A stretch of DNA of 64,000 nucleotides from Candidatus Heimdallarchaeota archaeon (GTDB lineage Archaea; Asgardarchaeota; Heimdallarchaeia; Heimdallarchaeales; Heimdallarchaeaceae): the NCBI GenBank assembly GCA_030603365.1, contig JAUVXV010000007.1, positions 89,346-153,345 of the forward strand. Reading direction: 5' to 3'. The notes beneath the pieces were generated by a model. That model saw only the letters and a program-made list of their open reading frames with translations, had not been told where the DNA came from and did no database searches. Positions 38,812-49,337 of the stretch are shown here, piece after piece. Each line of letters starts with the position of its first letter. Positions within the stretch are counted from its first letter, which is position 1. The translations under genes were made by a program, and so were the position numbers.

Positions 38812-39648
38812 TTAAATCAAATTAAGTCTATTCATTACAAATAAAACAGTTAGTGTTGTAGAAGCATCAAATTCTTCTCCATCTTCTGAAGCCCAACGAC
38901 CATCAGATAGCTGTCTTTTATATAAGGTATCAAGAACCTTTGTAATAAAATCATGATTTCCTAAATCTGCATTAATAAAACTTTCAATCATCCAAACTAA
39001 AGATGAAGATGGATAATTCTCCAATTGAAACGTTTGAAGCATCTCTAGTCCCCTTTGGGAGATACAGTTTTCTTTACCTTTTGTTCTTATAAAAGAAGGA
39101 ATCGCATTCCATAGAGCATGTGGATAGCTCTTAAATCCTGCATCATCTCGCCAGTTCATTGAGAGATATAAGGTACATCTTTGGATTACTTTATCATATC
39201 TTGAATCTCTCAAACCTAGTAAGAAGTTGAGTACTATAGAAGTACAGTATATTCTATTTGGTTCAGTACCTGGTGTTTCCCAAGGAGAATAATCAAAATT
39301 TTTGATGCTGATTGGCTCTTCAAAGAATCCCTCATCTTTCTGATTCTCTAGCAGGAAGTTTACTGCTTTGTTAAGAAATTCTATTACAATATCAGTTTTT
39401 TCTAGTATCAAAAAATCTTTGAAGAATGCTATTGTGGGACCAATTGTACTTAGGCCCCCCTCTCTCATTCGAAAAGGAATACCACCATCGCTATTCTGTA
39501 GTGTTAGATATTCAGCTAGCTGATTCATTGTATCTGAATTTTCTTCTAACATGAGAGCTAATTTCAATTTATCAATGCTTTTTCCCTTTAGTTTGATGAA
39601 TTCGATAGCTTTATCCATATCAATTGAATTTTCATTCATCAATAGCAA
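38812..39648 (-). CDS. Prenyltransferase/squalene oxidase repeat protein
   Basis: QW-type repeats LQNSDGG, NQKDEGFF, RQLSDGRW. Confidence 0.8.
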   Translation of the reverse strand: MLLMNENSIDMDKAIEFIKLKGKSIDKLKLALMLEENSDTMNQLAEYLTLQNSDGGIPFRMREGGLSTIGPTIAFFKDFLILEKTDIVIEFLNKAVNFLLENQKDEGFFEEPISIKNFDYSPWETPGTEPNRIYCTSIVLNFLLGLRDSRYDKVIQRCTLYLSMNWRDDAGFKSYPHALWNAIPSFIRTKGKENCISQRGLEMLQTFQLENYPSSSLVWMIESFINADLGNHDFITKVLDTLYKRQLSDGRWASEDGEEFDASTTLTVLFVMNRLNLI

Positions 39649-39688
39649 TTATACTCTACAGTACTTAAACCTAGTGTGAAAAAGAAAT

Positions 39689-40417
39689 TTAATCAATTTT
39701 TAGTTTCTTTGACATCTTTTCAGCTGCTTCCTTTTTAGCTTCTTTTCTACTTCTTCCTTTACCTATAGTAGTAATTTCCTGAGTTTCTATGCTAACCTTA
39801 CATTGCATATGAAAAGTTGGTTCATGATCAGTACCTTTCTTTTTAAGTAAACTGTATTCTGGGAGTTCTAAATCTTTCTTTTGAAAGAATTCTTGAATAT
39901 GATTAATGGGATTTTTCTCACATACTGTAAGTCTAAGAATCTTTTCTCTTCCCTTTTCATCCTCAATTTCATTCTTGAAATGTTGAAGATTTTTTAAGAA
40001 CAGTTTATTGAAAAAAGCTCTTGTAACATCTCTCCCCTCTGACAGATAAAATGCTCCAAAAAGAGCTTCAACAACATCTTCCAGATCAGTTTCCACAACA
40101 TGATATCTTGGACCTACTCGTAGATATTTAGAAATTCCTAGATCTTTTCCTACTTCTGCAAGAGCGTTTGTTCTAACTAACAATGAACGTAATTGTGACA
40201 TTATACCGACTTCTTCTTTCGTTTCTTTATACAACCATTCAGCTGTAAGTAAATCTAAAACAGCATCACCAAGAAATTCAAGTCTTTCAAAATTTCTAAC
40301 AGTAAGATCACCTGAGCCAAAATTGGGATGTGTTAAAGCTTCTTCTAATATTTCTTTATCAATCTCCCAATCAAGAACACGTCCTTTTTCAAGATCTATT
40401 TTCTTCATTTTTGACAC
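39689..40417 (-). CDS. rnc: Ribonuclease III with C-terminal dsRBD
   Basis: ALTHP, signature ERLEFLGDAVL, DVVEALFGA, dsRBD (G.DHEPTF...G.GRSRKEAKKEAA); likely start at GTG 40417 or ATG 40408. Confidence 0.92.
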   Translation of the reverse strand: MSKMKKIDLEKGRVLDWEIDKEILEEALTHPNFGSGDLTVRNFERLEFLGDAVLDLLTAEWLYKETKEEVGIMSQLRSLLVRTNALAEVGKDLGISKYLRVGPRYHVVETDLEDVVEALFGAFYLSEGRDVTRAFFNKLFLKNLQHFKNEIEDEKGREKILRLTVCEKNPINHIQEFFQKKDLELPEYSLLKKKGTDHEPTFHMQCKVSIETQEITTIGKGRSRKEAKKEAAEKMSKKLKID

Positions 40418-40473
40418 GTTGAGAAATCTATCTATGATAGACTTTTTAAATTCATTCATTAGTTGTATCTGAA

Positions 40474-40926
40474 ATGGAATTTCATAATCCTGTAACACAG
40501 TTAGAATGGTTGTATGGAAAGTGGGAAGGGAGAATAGTTAGAGATGAGGAAGAAACAGAATCAGTTTTAACTATCAAACCTATAGGGTCAGAAATAATTG
40601 AGTTCAACCATACAATTCTCGACAATAAGAAATATACACAGTTTGAGAAGAATATAATTTTTTATGATAAAACTCACGAAATTGTAAAATTGTTTACTAT
40701 AAATCATGAGGGTTATATTGAGATCTCAGACATATCATTAAATGATAAAAGCAAAGAAATAATTTTAACCAGTACTTTTAGTTTAGGATATAACTTACCT
40801 CCTAACATGAAAATTAAGAAGAAATGGGTGGTTCAGAAGAACCCAAAACTAATGAATTATGAAGTTAAAATGGGTAAAAACGAGAGAATCGTGTTAAAAG
40901 CAGAATTTCATTTTTCTAAACATTAG
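40474..40926 (+). CDS. Beta-barrel protein (nitrobindin/THAP4/DUF1579-like)
   Basis: N-terminal L.WL.GKWEG motif and alternating beta strands. Confidence 0.55.
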   Translation: MEFHNPVTQLEWLYGKWEGRIVRDEEETESVLTIKPIGSEIIEFNHTILDNKKYTQFEKNIIFYDKTHEIVKLFTINHEGYIEISDISLNDKSKEIILTSTFSLGYNLPPNMKIKKKWVVQKNPKLMNYEVKMGKNERIVLKAEFHFSKH

Positions 40927-41020
40927 ATGTTTATTAATCTATTCATGAAATGATGAAAAATCCTTGAGAGTAACATAAAGATTATTAGCAAAAAATCATA
41001 TCTTAGATATTAGAGTAAAT

Positions 41021-41512
41021 TTGCCAAGAGATTTTAAAATATTCTATGGAGAAAAAGTGCCTGATGAGATATCAGATCATATTGAATGGCACCTAAAAGA
41101 TATCTATGGAATCCAATTTAGGTCTGTTGGTTTAAGGCTTCCAAGCAAAACAGCTTGGGATTCAGAACATAATTCTTTTAATGCAAAGAGATTAGTAGAA
41201 AATCTTAATTCTGATAGTATTACTTTCTGTTTATGGTTGATAACTGATCCAATTATTACAGATGGAGAATCAGCTTATGGTTATGCTGAACCATTAAAAG
41301 GGTCAGTAGTGTCTTCTATGAAGATGGCAACAAGAACTTTGGTAGCAAAAGAAGTTGTATATTTTGTAGGAATTGTATTAGGACTCAAAAGCTGTAAAGA
41401 GAATTGTGTAATGAATGAGTCTGAGAGTTTCGAAAAATTAGTACAAAAACCATCGACTTTATGCAATTCTTGTAAAGCCAGATTTCAAAGATTAAAGTTT
41501 AGGTACATGTAA
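41021..41512 (+). CDS. Archaemetzincin-like protein with degenerate catalytic motif
   Basis: LVAKEVVYFVGIVLGLKSCKENCVM...LCNSC aligns to KE..HE.GH..GL.HC...CVM...C..C but lacks the His/Glu residues. Confidence 0.7.
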   Translation: MPRDFKIFYGEKVPDEISDHIEWHLKDIYGIQFRSVGLRLPSKTAWDSEHNSFNAKRLVENLNSDSITFCLWLITDPIITDGESAYGYAEPLKGSVVSSMKMATRTLVAKEVVYFVGIVLGLKSCKENCVMNESESFEKLVQKPSTLCNSCKARFQRLKFRYM

Positions 41513-41588
41513 TTAACTACTATCTTGAAATACTAAAGTTTTTGAATACTCAGACTATTAAAGATTTAGTATATTTCAGGAGAGTGAA

Positions 41589-43546
41589 ATGGAATTTTAA
41601 ATCACCTTGAAAGCATTCTACTAAAAATCGATAGAATACTACTAAAGCAAGGTCTCAAGGAAAATGAGATTTTTCGTGAAGGCTTTAAAATTCTAGGAGA
41701 ACTATATCTCCTTTCTAGTTTAGAAAAAACAAATCTACTTAATTCAAATGATTCTTTTAGTAAGAAACAAGAAATCGCACGCAGATCATTTCCTACAATT
41801 CTATCTGGTTCATTAAACAGTTCCTGGAGTTCTATTTACACTAGATTGCTACAATTACAAAGAGATATTTCAGTAAACTACCATTCAGATATTCTGGGGT
41901 CCTTATATCAACAAATCCTCACTTCTTCTTACAAACAGGATAAGGGTGTTGTATTCACCCCATTACCAATAGTAGAGTACTTGTTATCTCAAATTGGTTA
42001 TCAATTAGAAAAGTTTCAGGAAAAAGCTAGGATTATTGATTTAGCATGTGGTTCAGGTTTGTTCCTTAGTATGAGTGCAGAAAAAGCTATCAATGCAGCA
42101 TTAGCTCAAAATCTAAACAGTGGGGAAATACAGGATTATATAAGCAAAAACATAATCGGTTTCGATATAGATCCAGAAGCAGTATTTATTTCTCATATCA
42201 ATCTAGCAAATCAGGTTATTCGGCAGTTGGGCAAGGATTATGAACTAGATTCAGTATTCACTCCTAATATTCATCAGACCAATTCTTTAATTAGAAACTG
42301 TAGAACTGATTCAGCTGAAGTTAAACAATTAAAGAAATCCAAATACTCTTTTGTAATTGGCAATCCACCTTACATCGAAGCAAAAATAATGGATAAAAAA
42401 ACCAAACAAATTTGCTTGAAACATTTTCCTGATGCAGCTACTGGTCATTTTGATGTATACTCATGCTTTCTTTCATTAGGTTCGAATATTCTAACTCCGG
42501 ATGGAAAATTAGGTTACATTATTCCAAATAAATTTCTTAGTTCTAGATATGCTAGGAAACTTAGAGAGAAATATCTTCTAGAAAATCGGATATCACAGAT
42601 TGTAGATCTTGCTCATCAAAATGTTTTCCAACCAGCTGTCTACCCTATAATATTAGTTCTAGATAACCAAAACCCGCTAAAGAATCAAATGAAAATTACT
42701 AGAGTAAATCATTATAATGAATTACTTGATACTAGTTTTTCAGAAAGATTGAAGAAAATTGAAGTTGGTAATTTTCTTAAAACAAAAAATAGAACCATTT
42801 TCCTTCCAGATAATTTAGTGTTAGAAATGATTAATAGAATTTTTGCTAATAATTCTCTGAATTTAGGTGATCTTATTAGATTCAGATGGGCTATCTCATT
42901 TCATAAGAAAGGATTAAGAGATCAGTTTGTTTTTGAAGAACCTATAGGAGTAAATCCTGTTCGTTTTATAGGAGGGAAGGCTTTTGGTGGAAATAGAGAA
43001 GTTAATCGGTATAATATTAATTGGAGAGGTTACTGGATAGATTATAATCACAATAAAGCTAAGAGTTTTAGCAATAATTTCCCTAATTACAAGTATTTTG
43101 GAGACAAAAAAATAATTATCTGCCAACATGCACTTAGAATTCGAGCTACAATAGATACAGAAGGATACACATGCAAAGATATTTTTCTGCTTGGACACCT
43201 AAAAAATAAAGCAAAAGAGGAGGGAATAAATCTGGAATATATTTTAGCTCTTCTAAATTCAGAGCTATATAGTTTTCTTTATTCCAGCATGTATTCAAGT
43301 ACTGAAATTATGGGAAAATATTTGCATTATCTACCAATGTATCTACATGATTTACCTGTGATTATTCCATCAAAGGAGGATTTAGTATTTCTCGAAAAAC
43401 AAGTAAATCTAAGATTATTAGAAAAAACTAATGAATTTACCGGTATAGATGAGATACTAGACAACAAAATCTATGAAATATACCAATGTACTAAAGAAGA
43501 AGAAGAAATAGCAAAAACACATATAAGAGAATATTTAATCAAATAA
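41589..43546 (+). CDS. N6-adenine DNA methyltransferase (TaqI/Eco57I-like), apparent frameshift near the 5' end
   Basis: GVVFTP, DLACGSG, VIGNPPY, C-terminal target recognition domain. The frame is open from 41588. SD AGGAG and ATG 41589 sit in an offset frame (ATG GAA TTT TAA); the first in-frame start is TTG 41846. Confidence 0.85.
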
Positions 43547-43609
43547 TGTTAGAGAAAATAATTGAAAGAAAATTGATTGTTATAATAGTCATACTTCACG
43601 GTTGAGGAA

Positions 43610-45637
43610 ATGGATAGAACTAATCAAGAAGAAGGAGTAAGTGCATTTACAAAATTCATAAACAAATATCCTAAGCTTCAGAAGTCATATGAAAATTCAA
43701 GATTGTATCTTAAAAAGAAGAGCAGTGAAGGAAGTAAAGCTTTCAAGCATGGGATGAATAAATCTTGGATTTTTACTAGAGAAAATATTATTCCTTATTT
43801 TGCACCATTAGCATTCATATTTCTATTTTTCTACTACATTTTTATCCATCCTTTTGTAAAGTTATTTTCATGGTTATACAAAACAATCTTACCTCCTAAA
43901 GCAAGAACTATTATTACAAAAATCTCTTTAATCATTTTAGCAGGTATATTTACACTTGTATCAGTCATTGGTAAGATACTACTCATAATATTTGACATTC
44001 TTGTACCAACTGGATTAAGAGAACTTGTTCCTCTCCTACAACTTTACAGAAAATATTTTCTTGTAGCAGCTAATATCCTATCTGGTGAAAAATCTAAAGA
44101 AATTATGGAAGTGTCAGAGGAACTTGATGAGTTAGTGTTAACAGAACAAAAAATGATTAAAAACTATCCAATTCGAAGAGGAGTTGGAGAAGTAATCAAT
44201 CTTGCAGTAACACCTCTAGTTTTTATTGCTATTCCAACTTTAATCGTCCGAATTTTTAGAATTGGTTATGCTACAATATTCTATACATTTGACCTCCTAC
44301 CAACTCTTGGTCCCCTTGGGTCACCAAATTATCTCAAATATTTCGATTTGTTAAGATTAATTGAAGACTTAACAGGATTAGGTCCAATATATTCTGTAGC
44401 TCTTTTTGGTACAGGACTTCTTATTGCCAGCTGGATCGCAACAATTTTTGGTCCAATTTATGCGATTTTTCACAGTTGTAGTGTAATATTAATGAGATAT
44501 GGTGGTTATAGATGGGCTAATATATACATGAGTTTGGAAAACTTTTTCTCACTTCCATATCACGCTGCTAAATCTTCTTTCAGTTTCTTTGATGCGCCAC
44601 CTATATCAGCTGAAACGTATAAAGATTTTAAACTTGAGATTGTAGAAGAAGTTGACATTATAAAAAAGAAAGTACAAAATCTAATAGCCTTGGATCCCAA
44701 GAAAGTTCCAGAGCGATCTAAAGAGATGTTAGAAGAGCTTCTAGGCAAAGCAGAACTTACATTAAACGAACTCGATATTTCAAGAATTGAACAAGAAACA
44801 GCGAGAACTTTTGCGCTGTTAATATGGAGCAAAGAATCGTCTATTCTGCCATGGGTTACTAATGAAGCTAAGATTAAATTTGCAAAAAATAATGAAATGT
44901 CGACAGAAGAAGTTAGAAAGTCATTTCGTATCATTCTTAAGAAAATTGAAGAAGGATATCTTACTGATGATTTATTCTCATCAGTTCTAATAACTGGTGC
45001 TTTGAAAGGTATAAATGATCAACAGAAGAAATACAAACAACTATTGGACGATATTGAATATAACAAACTAGCAATTTCCTTGGCTCTGGGAGCTCGACAG
45101 TATTTGAAAGACCAGTTTACAAAGAAACCTTGGTACAAGAAAATTGGAAAGAAAATATTGATTTCACTAATAGCACCGTTCATGCCTGTAGGTGTGTTTT
45201 TCCAAGCTCTCTACAATTATTTCAAACATGTTGTTCTATCAACCTTACGAACAATTGTAGCTCTTGTAACTACCAGAGTTGGTAGATTTATCTCTAGCAG
45301 GTTTCTTGAAATCAGAGACACAATTATCACTACTTTCAATAATGTATCTTCTAGAGGAAAGAGATTCAGTTTTAAAGAAGACTTAAACATAGATTTCAAC
45401 AAATATCTCAGATTGTTTGGAAAGTTTATTTTTGGAGTTATTTTATTAGCTCCAATCCTATTGATTTCTCTATTTAAAGCTCTAAAACGTAACTTTCAAA
45501 GAATTTGGAAGAGAAGAAGTACTGAAGAAAAAATGAAAAGAATGTTTGAGAAAGAATTAGCTACAGCTTCCTTAGTAGCAATGTATCAAGAAATTTATGA
45601 TAAAATGCTTATTTCAGACATTTTAATTACAGATTAA
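43610..45637 (+). CDS. Multi-pass membrane protein of unknown function (paralog family, copy 2)
   Basis: Shared family motifs (GLRELVP, YPIRRGVGE, ATIFGP, FSLPY, SFSFFDAPP, ARTFALLIW.KES..LPW, GALKGI, MYQEIYD). Confidence 0.8.
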   Translation: MDRTNQEEGVSAFTKFINKYPKLQKSYENSRLYLKKKSSEGSKAFKHGMNKSWIFTRENIIPYFAPLAFIFLFFYYIFIHPFVKLFSWLYKTILPPKARTIITKISLIILAGIFTLVSVIGKILLIIFDILVPTGLRELVPLLQLYRKYFLVAANILSGEKSKEIMEVSEELDELVLTEQKMIKNYPIRRGVGEVINLAVTPLVFIAIPTLIVRIFRIGYATIFYTFDLLPTLGPLGSPNYLKYFDLLRLIEDLTGLGPIYSVALFGTGLLIASWIATIFGPIYAIFHSCSVILMRYGGYRWANIYMSLENFFSLPYHAAKSSFSFFDAPPISAETYKDFKLEIVEEVDIIKKKVQNLIALDPKKVPERSKEMLEELLGKAELTLNELDISRIEQETARTFALLIWSKESSILPWVTNEAKIKFAKNNEMSTEEVRKSFRIILKKIEEGYLTDDLFSSVLITGALKGINDQQKKYKQLLDDIEYNKLAISLALGARQYLKDQFTKKPWYKKIGKKILISLIAPFMPVGVFFQALYNYFKHVVLSTLRTIVALVTTRVGRFISSRFLEIRDTIITTFNNVSSRGKRFSFKEDLNIDFNKYLRLFGKFIFGVILLAPILLISLFKALKRNFQRIWKRRSTEEKMKRMFEKELATASLVAMYQEIYDKMLISDILITD

Positions 45638-45690
45638 GATTGGAATGATACATTCGGAATGTTAAAATTCTTCTTTGTGAATGTTTTCTA

Positions 45691-47442
45691 ATGTCTTCTA
45701 CTGCTAATAATACAGATTCACATGAGGAAGTAGCTGAAAACAAAGAAGAGGAAATTGAAGAGTTAAAACATGAAGAAACTATAGAGAAAGAAATGAAAAA
45801 AAGAGGAAAATTCACTTTTGTTGTACTTTCGGTTCTAATTTCTATAATCTCAATAGGAACAAAATTCCTAATGGTAATTTATGACATTTTAATACCTAAA
45901 GCACTTAGGGAGTATGTTCCTATTCTCAATATGATTCGTAAAATAGCATTACCTATTTCTGAAATATTAGCAGGGAAAAAATCAAAAGAAATAACTGAAG
46001 TAGCTAATGAGTTGGATGAACTTGATCTTAAAAAAGAAAAGGTGATGAAAGCTTATCCACTCAGGAGAACTATAGGTCAAGCTTTGAGTATGGGTGTGTC
46101 TCCACTCATATTAATTGTAATTCCTACTATTATTTGGAGAGATGATTTAATCCATATAGTTCAAACAATCTTTCTAGATGCTTTCAATTGGTCAGTTCCT
46201 CCTTGGTTAGTATTCATGATTTTAGGAACTGTTATGCTGATTTTATCCTGGATAGTTACACTCTTTGGTCCTTTATATGTTATTTTTCATAATTCAAGTA
46301 ATTATATGCTAAAATTAGGTGCTTATCGATGGGCATCTATATTCCAGGATTTAGAGAATTTGTTTGCAATCCCATATTATGCAGCAAAGTCGTCATTCTC
46401 ATTTTTCGATGCTCCACCTATATCTAGTGAAACATTGAAAGAATTCAAGCTTGACATAAAAGAAGAATTGGATGCAGTAAAACAAAAAGTTGAAGGACTA
46501 TTAGCTCTTGATGCAAATAATGTTTCAGATAGATCGAAAAAACAACTTGAACAACTATTAAAGAAAATTGAAATACCATTAGAAGAACTCGATCTCTCAA
46601 AAATAACAGATTCAACAGCTAGAACATTTGCTTTATTAATTTGGACAAAAGAATCTTCTATGTTACCTTGGAGAAGAAAAGAAGCTTTTGAAAAATTTGC
46701 ATTAAGAAACAATTTAACTAATCAAGAAGTAGAAGAAGCTTTTATTCTTCTAAATAAGAAACGTAAAGAGGAAGGAATTGCAGAAGAAACAGTCAAATCA
46801 ATTTTAGTTACAGGAGCTCTTAAAGGAATCTCAAAGCAAGAAAAGAAATACAAACAAATTATGACAGACATAGAAGCTAACAAACTTGCCATTTCATTAG
46901 CCTTAGGAACTGAACAGTATTTAGAAGACATTTACTCAACTCTACCAAAATTCGTTAAAATCATTAGAGGAATAGGACTATCTATTCTAGCCTTTTTGAT
47001 GCCATTGTCGCTGATTATTTTTGCAATTTTATTGTATATTAAACACGTTCTTTTTACATTAGCAAAAACAATATTCTCAAAACACACAATATTGATTCAT
47101 AAATACATCTCTAAGAGATATAGAGAAATAAAAACAACTCTCATTGAAACATATCAATCAGTCAAAGCAAAAGGCAAGAAGTTTAATTTCAAGGAGGATG
47201 TCGATATAGATTTCAAAGGATTTTTCAAGATATTGGGTAAAGGATTTCTTTCGCTAATACTTGCTTTAATTAAGTTGGCTATCTTATGGCCTCTTTGGAA
47301 ATCACTGTACATCAGAATCACCAAATTAATTACTAGAAGAAAACCTGAAGCTAAAATGAGAAGAATGTTTGAAAAGGAACTAACAACAGAATCCTTAGTA
47401 TTCATGTACCAAGAAGTTTACGACAAAATAATTACAACTTAG
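45691..47442 (+). CDS. Multi-pass membrane protein of unknown function (paralog family, copy 3)
   Basis: Same motifs; tandem with copy 2. Confidence 0.8.
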   Translation: MSSTANNTDSHEEVAENKEEEIEELKHEETIEKEMKKRGKFTFVVLSVLISIISIGTKFLMVIYDILIPKALREYVPILNMIRKIALPISEILAGKKSKEITEVANELDELDLKKEKVMKAYPLRRTIGQALSMGVSPLILIVIPTIIWRDDLIHIVQTIFLDAFNWSVPPWLVFMILGTVMLILSWIVTLFGPLYVIFHNSSNYMLKLGAYRWASIFQDLENLFAIPYYAAKSSFSFFDAPPISSETLKEFKLDIKEELDAVKQKVEGLLALDANNVSDRSKKQLEQLLKKIEIPLEELDLSKITDSTARTFALLIWTKESSMLPWRRKEAFEKFALRNNLTNQEVEEAFILLNKKRKEEGIAEETVKSILVTGALKGISKQEKKYKQIMTDIEANKLAISLALGTEQYLEDIYSTLPKFVKIIRGIGLSILAFLMPLSLIIFAILLYIKHVLFTLAKTIFSKHTILIHKYISKRYREIKTTLIETYQSVKAKGKKFNFKEDVDIDFKGFFKILGKGFLSLILALIKLAILWPLWKSLYIRITKLITRRKPEAKMRRMFEKELTTESLVFMYQEVYDKIITT

Positions 47443-47549
47443 ACTTTTAAAAAACATCTGTTTTTCTTTTATTACTCAATTTTGGAAAAGAAAACTTAAG
47501 AATGGGTTACTAATCTGTTGTTACAACTCATATCCTAATAGGTGAATAA

Positions 47550-48695
47550 TTGACTATAGAAGAACCGTTAAAAGGGGAGAAATTTGGCCCTGCGGTCGTA
47601 TCATTAGCAAATGCAGCACGAGCTTTTGATGCACCAGTTAGATACCCACTAATATTTTCATCACCCGATGTATTCGTAAAACCTATGGCTATGCCAAGGG
47701 GATCCTCATTCATAGCATTAGTAGAGCATTTCTTTGGGCTTGTGATACTTCTAACTATTTTAAGTATCACTCGAGGATTTAAGAAATTATTCGCTCCACT
47801 CAAGCAATTTACAAAACGAGACTGGATTTCCTTGATATTCATTTCTTTCGGTGGTTCAGCGTTAGGTCTCTTCTTTTACCTAATCTCTTTTGGTTTAGGA
47901 AATCCAACAATAGCTATTCTAATTCAAAAAGCTCAACCTCTCATAACATTAATTTTCGCATATGTGATTCTAAAAGAAAAATTATCAAAAAGATTTTACA
48001 TAACCTTGTTCTTCGCTCTTGTAGGAATAGGATTAATGGTAACGCCTGATATAATTGATAAAATGCAAGCTTCTACCACACTTGGTGTTTATGGTATCAT
48101 TGCAATTCTCTGTTCTCTCTTAGCTGCTGTGTTTTGGGGCGGTTCAACTGTATTTGGTCGTATTTTGATTGAAAAAGTAGATTTTTGGAATCTTACACTT
48201 TTTAGATATATAGGTGGTTTTATTTTTCTTTTATTTCTAAATATCCCCCTTCTAACTTATACTCCTGAATATTTCAATATGCTTGGTTCGGAGATTAATG
48301 TTTTTGGTTATTATGACTCCGTAGCAGGAGGTTATGTCCCCGTAGATTGGAAATGGTTTGGAGGTGTAGGAATACTTTATTCAGCAATTCTTACTGGAGG
48401 AATTCTCCCTCTTGGACTATATTATTTTGGATTAAAAAGATCAAAAGCAGCAATAGCAGGTTTAGCAGAACTGGCTTTTCCTTTACTTGCAATAGTAATC
48501 AACTATGTTTTCTTGGGATTTGGTGTTTCAAGTAATAGAACTTTGGCTATTCTTCAAATTATTGGGGCAGTTTTACTTCTAATTAGTGTTTCAGTGCTTT
48601 CATACGTAAATGCAAGAGAAATGATGAAAGTAAAAACAGAAAACACGAAGTCGAAAGTAGAAGAAACGGACAAAGAAGAAGACAATGAAACGTAA
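47550..48695 (+). CDS. EamA/DMT family transporter
   Basis: About 10 TMs, IAILIQKAQPL...ILKEK, YYFGLKR, AGLAELAFP; SD GGTGA. Confidence 0.9.
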   Translation: MTIEEPLKGEKFGPAVVSLANAARAFDAPVRYPLIFSSPDVFVKPMAMPRGSSFIALVEHFFGLVILLTILSITRGFKKLFAPLKQFTKRDWISLIFISFGGSALGLFFYLISFGLGNPTIAILIQKAQPLITLIFAYVILKEKLSKRFYITLFFALVGIGLMVTPDIIDKMQASTTLGVYGIIAILCSLLAAVFWGGSTVFGRILIEKVDFWNLTLFRYIGGFIFLLFLNIPLLTYTPEYFNMLGSEINVFGYYDSVAGGYVPVDWKWFGGVGILYSAILTGGILPLGLYYFGLKRSKAAIAGLAELAFPLLAIVINYVFLGFGVSSNRTLAILQIIGAVLLLISVSVLSYVNAREMMKVKTENTKSKVEETDKEEDNET

Positions 48696-48699
48696 TTTC

Positions 48700-49269
48700 C
48701 TACCAATCAATTCCAAAAGTAATTTCAAGTTCCTTTGGATCAATAATTTTTCCTTGATTGAAATTGAGTAAGGTTATACGATTCTTCAAATATGATTGTA
48801 GATCATTCATTAGACCGTCATAACCAGCTTTATCTATTTCTTTTTCTAAACGTAAAGTAATTGTAAATATCTTAATCGCGCTATCATATTCAGTTTCAAC
48901 TTCTGCAAAAGTGTGACTGAAGAATTTTGATCTGAACATCTCTTCGATTTCATTGTACCTTTCAGTCAAGAACCATGCTGGAACAAGTTCTTCTACCTCC
49001 TCTGTAACTTCCTCATAAGCTGTTTTCTTCTTCTCATGATAGACACTCAATAGTTTAAAGATGAGTTCATCAATTCGAAGTTTGAGATATTCATTAAGGG
49101 TTTCACTGGAAAGCAACTTTGATTTTACATTCTCAAAATAGTCAGCAAACATCTGATCGCTGTAATGAATCATTTTTGAATCAAACCAATTACCAACAGT
49201 TTCAAGAATTGAGTTGAGATCTAGCTCAAATATAAGTGTTTCAACTTTTTCCTCTTCACTCATATACAT
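48700..49269 (-). CDS. Hypothetical protein
   Basis: 189-aa acidic ORF. Confidence 0.65.
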   Translation of the reverse strand: MYMSEEEKVETLIFELDLNSILETVGNWFDSKMIHYSDQMFADYFENVKSKLLSSETLNEYLKLRIDELIFKLLSVYHEKKKTAYEEVTEEVEELVPAWFLTERYNEIEEMFRSKFFSHTFAEVETEYDSAIKIFTITLRLEKEIDKAGYDGLMNDLQSYLKNRITLLNFNQGKIIDPKELEITFGIDW

Positions 49270-49337
49270 CCCTTTAATGAAGTGAAATTAGTTTACTATT
49301 AACTAACTTGCTTAAATATTATTCTGTGGATTAACTG

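Noticed and set aside
41589-41602. Programmed -1 ribosomal frameshift
   Set aside because: The TTTAAAT heptamer is not in the required phase relative to the ATG, and a stop occupies codon 4; an indel is simpler.
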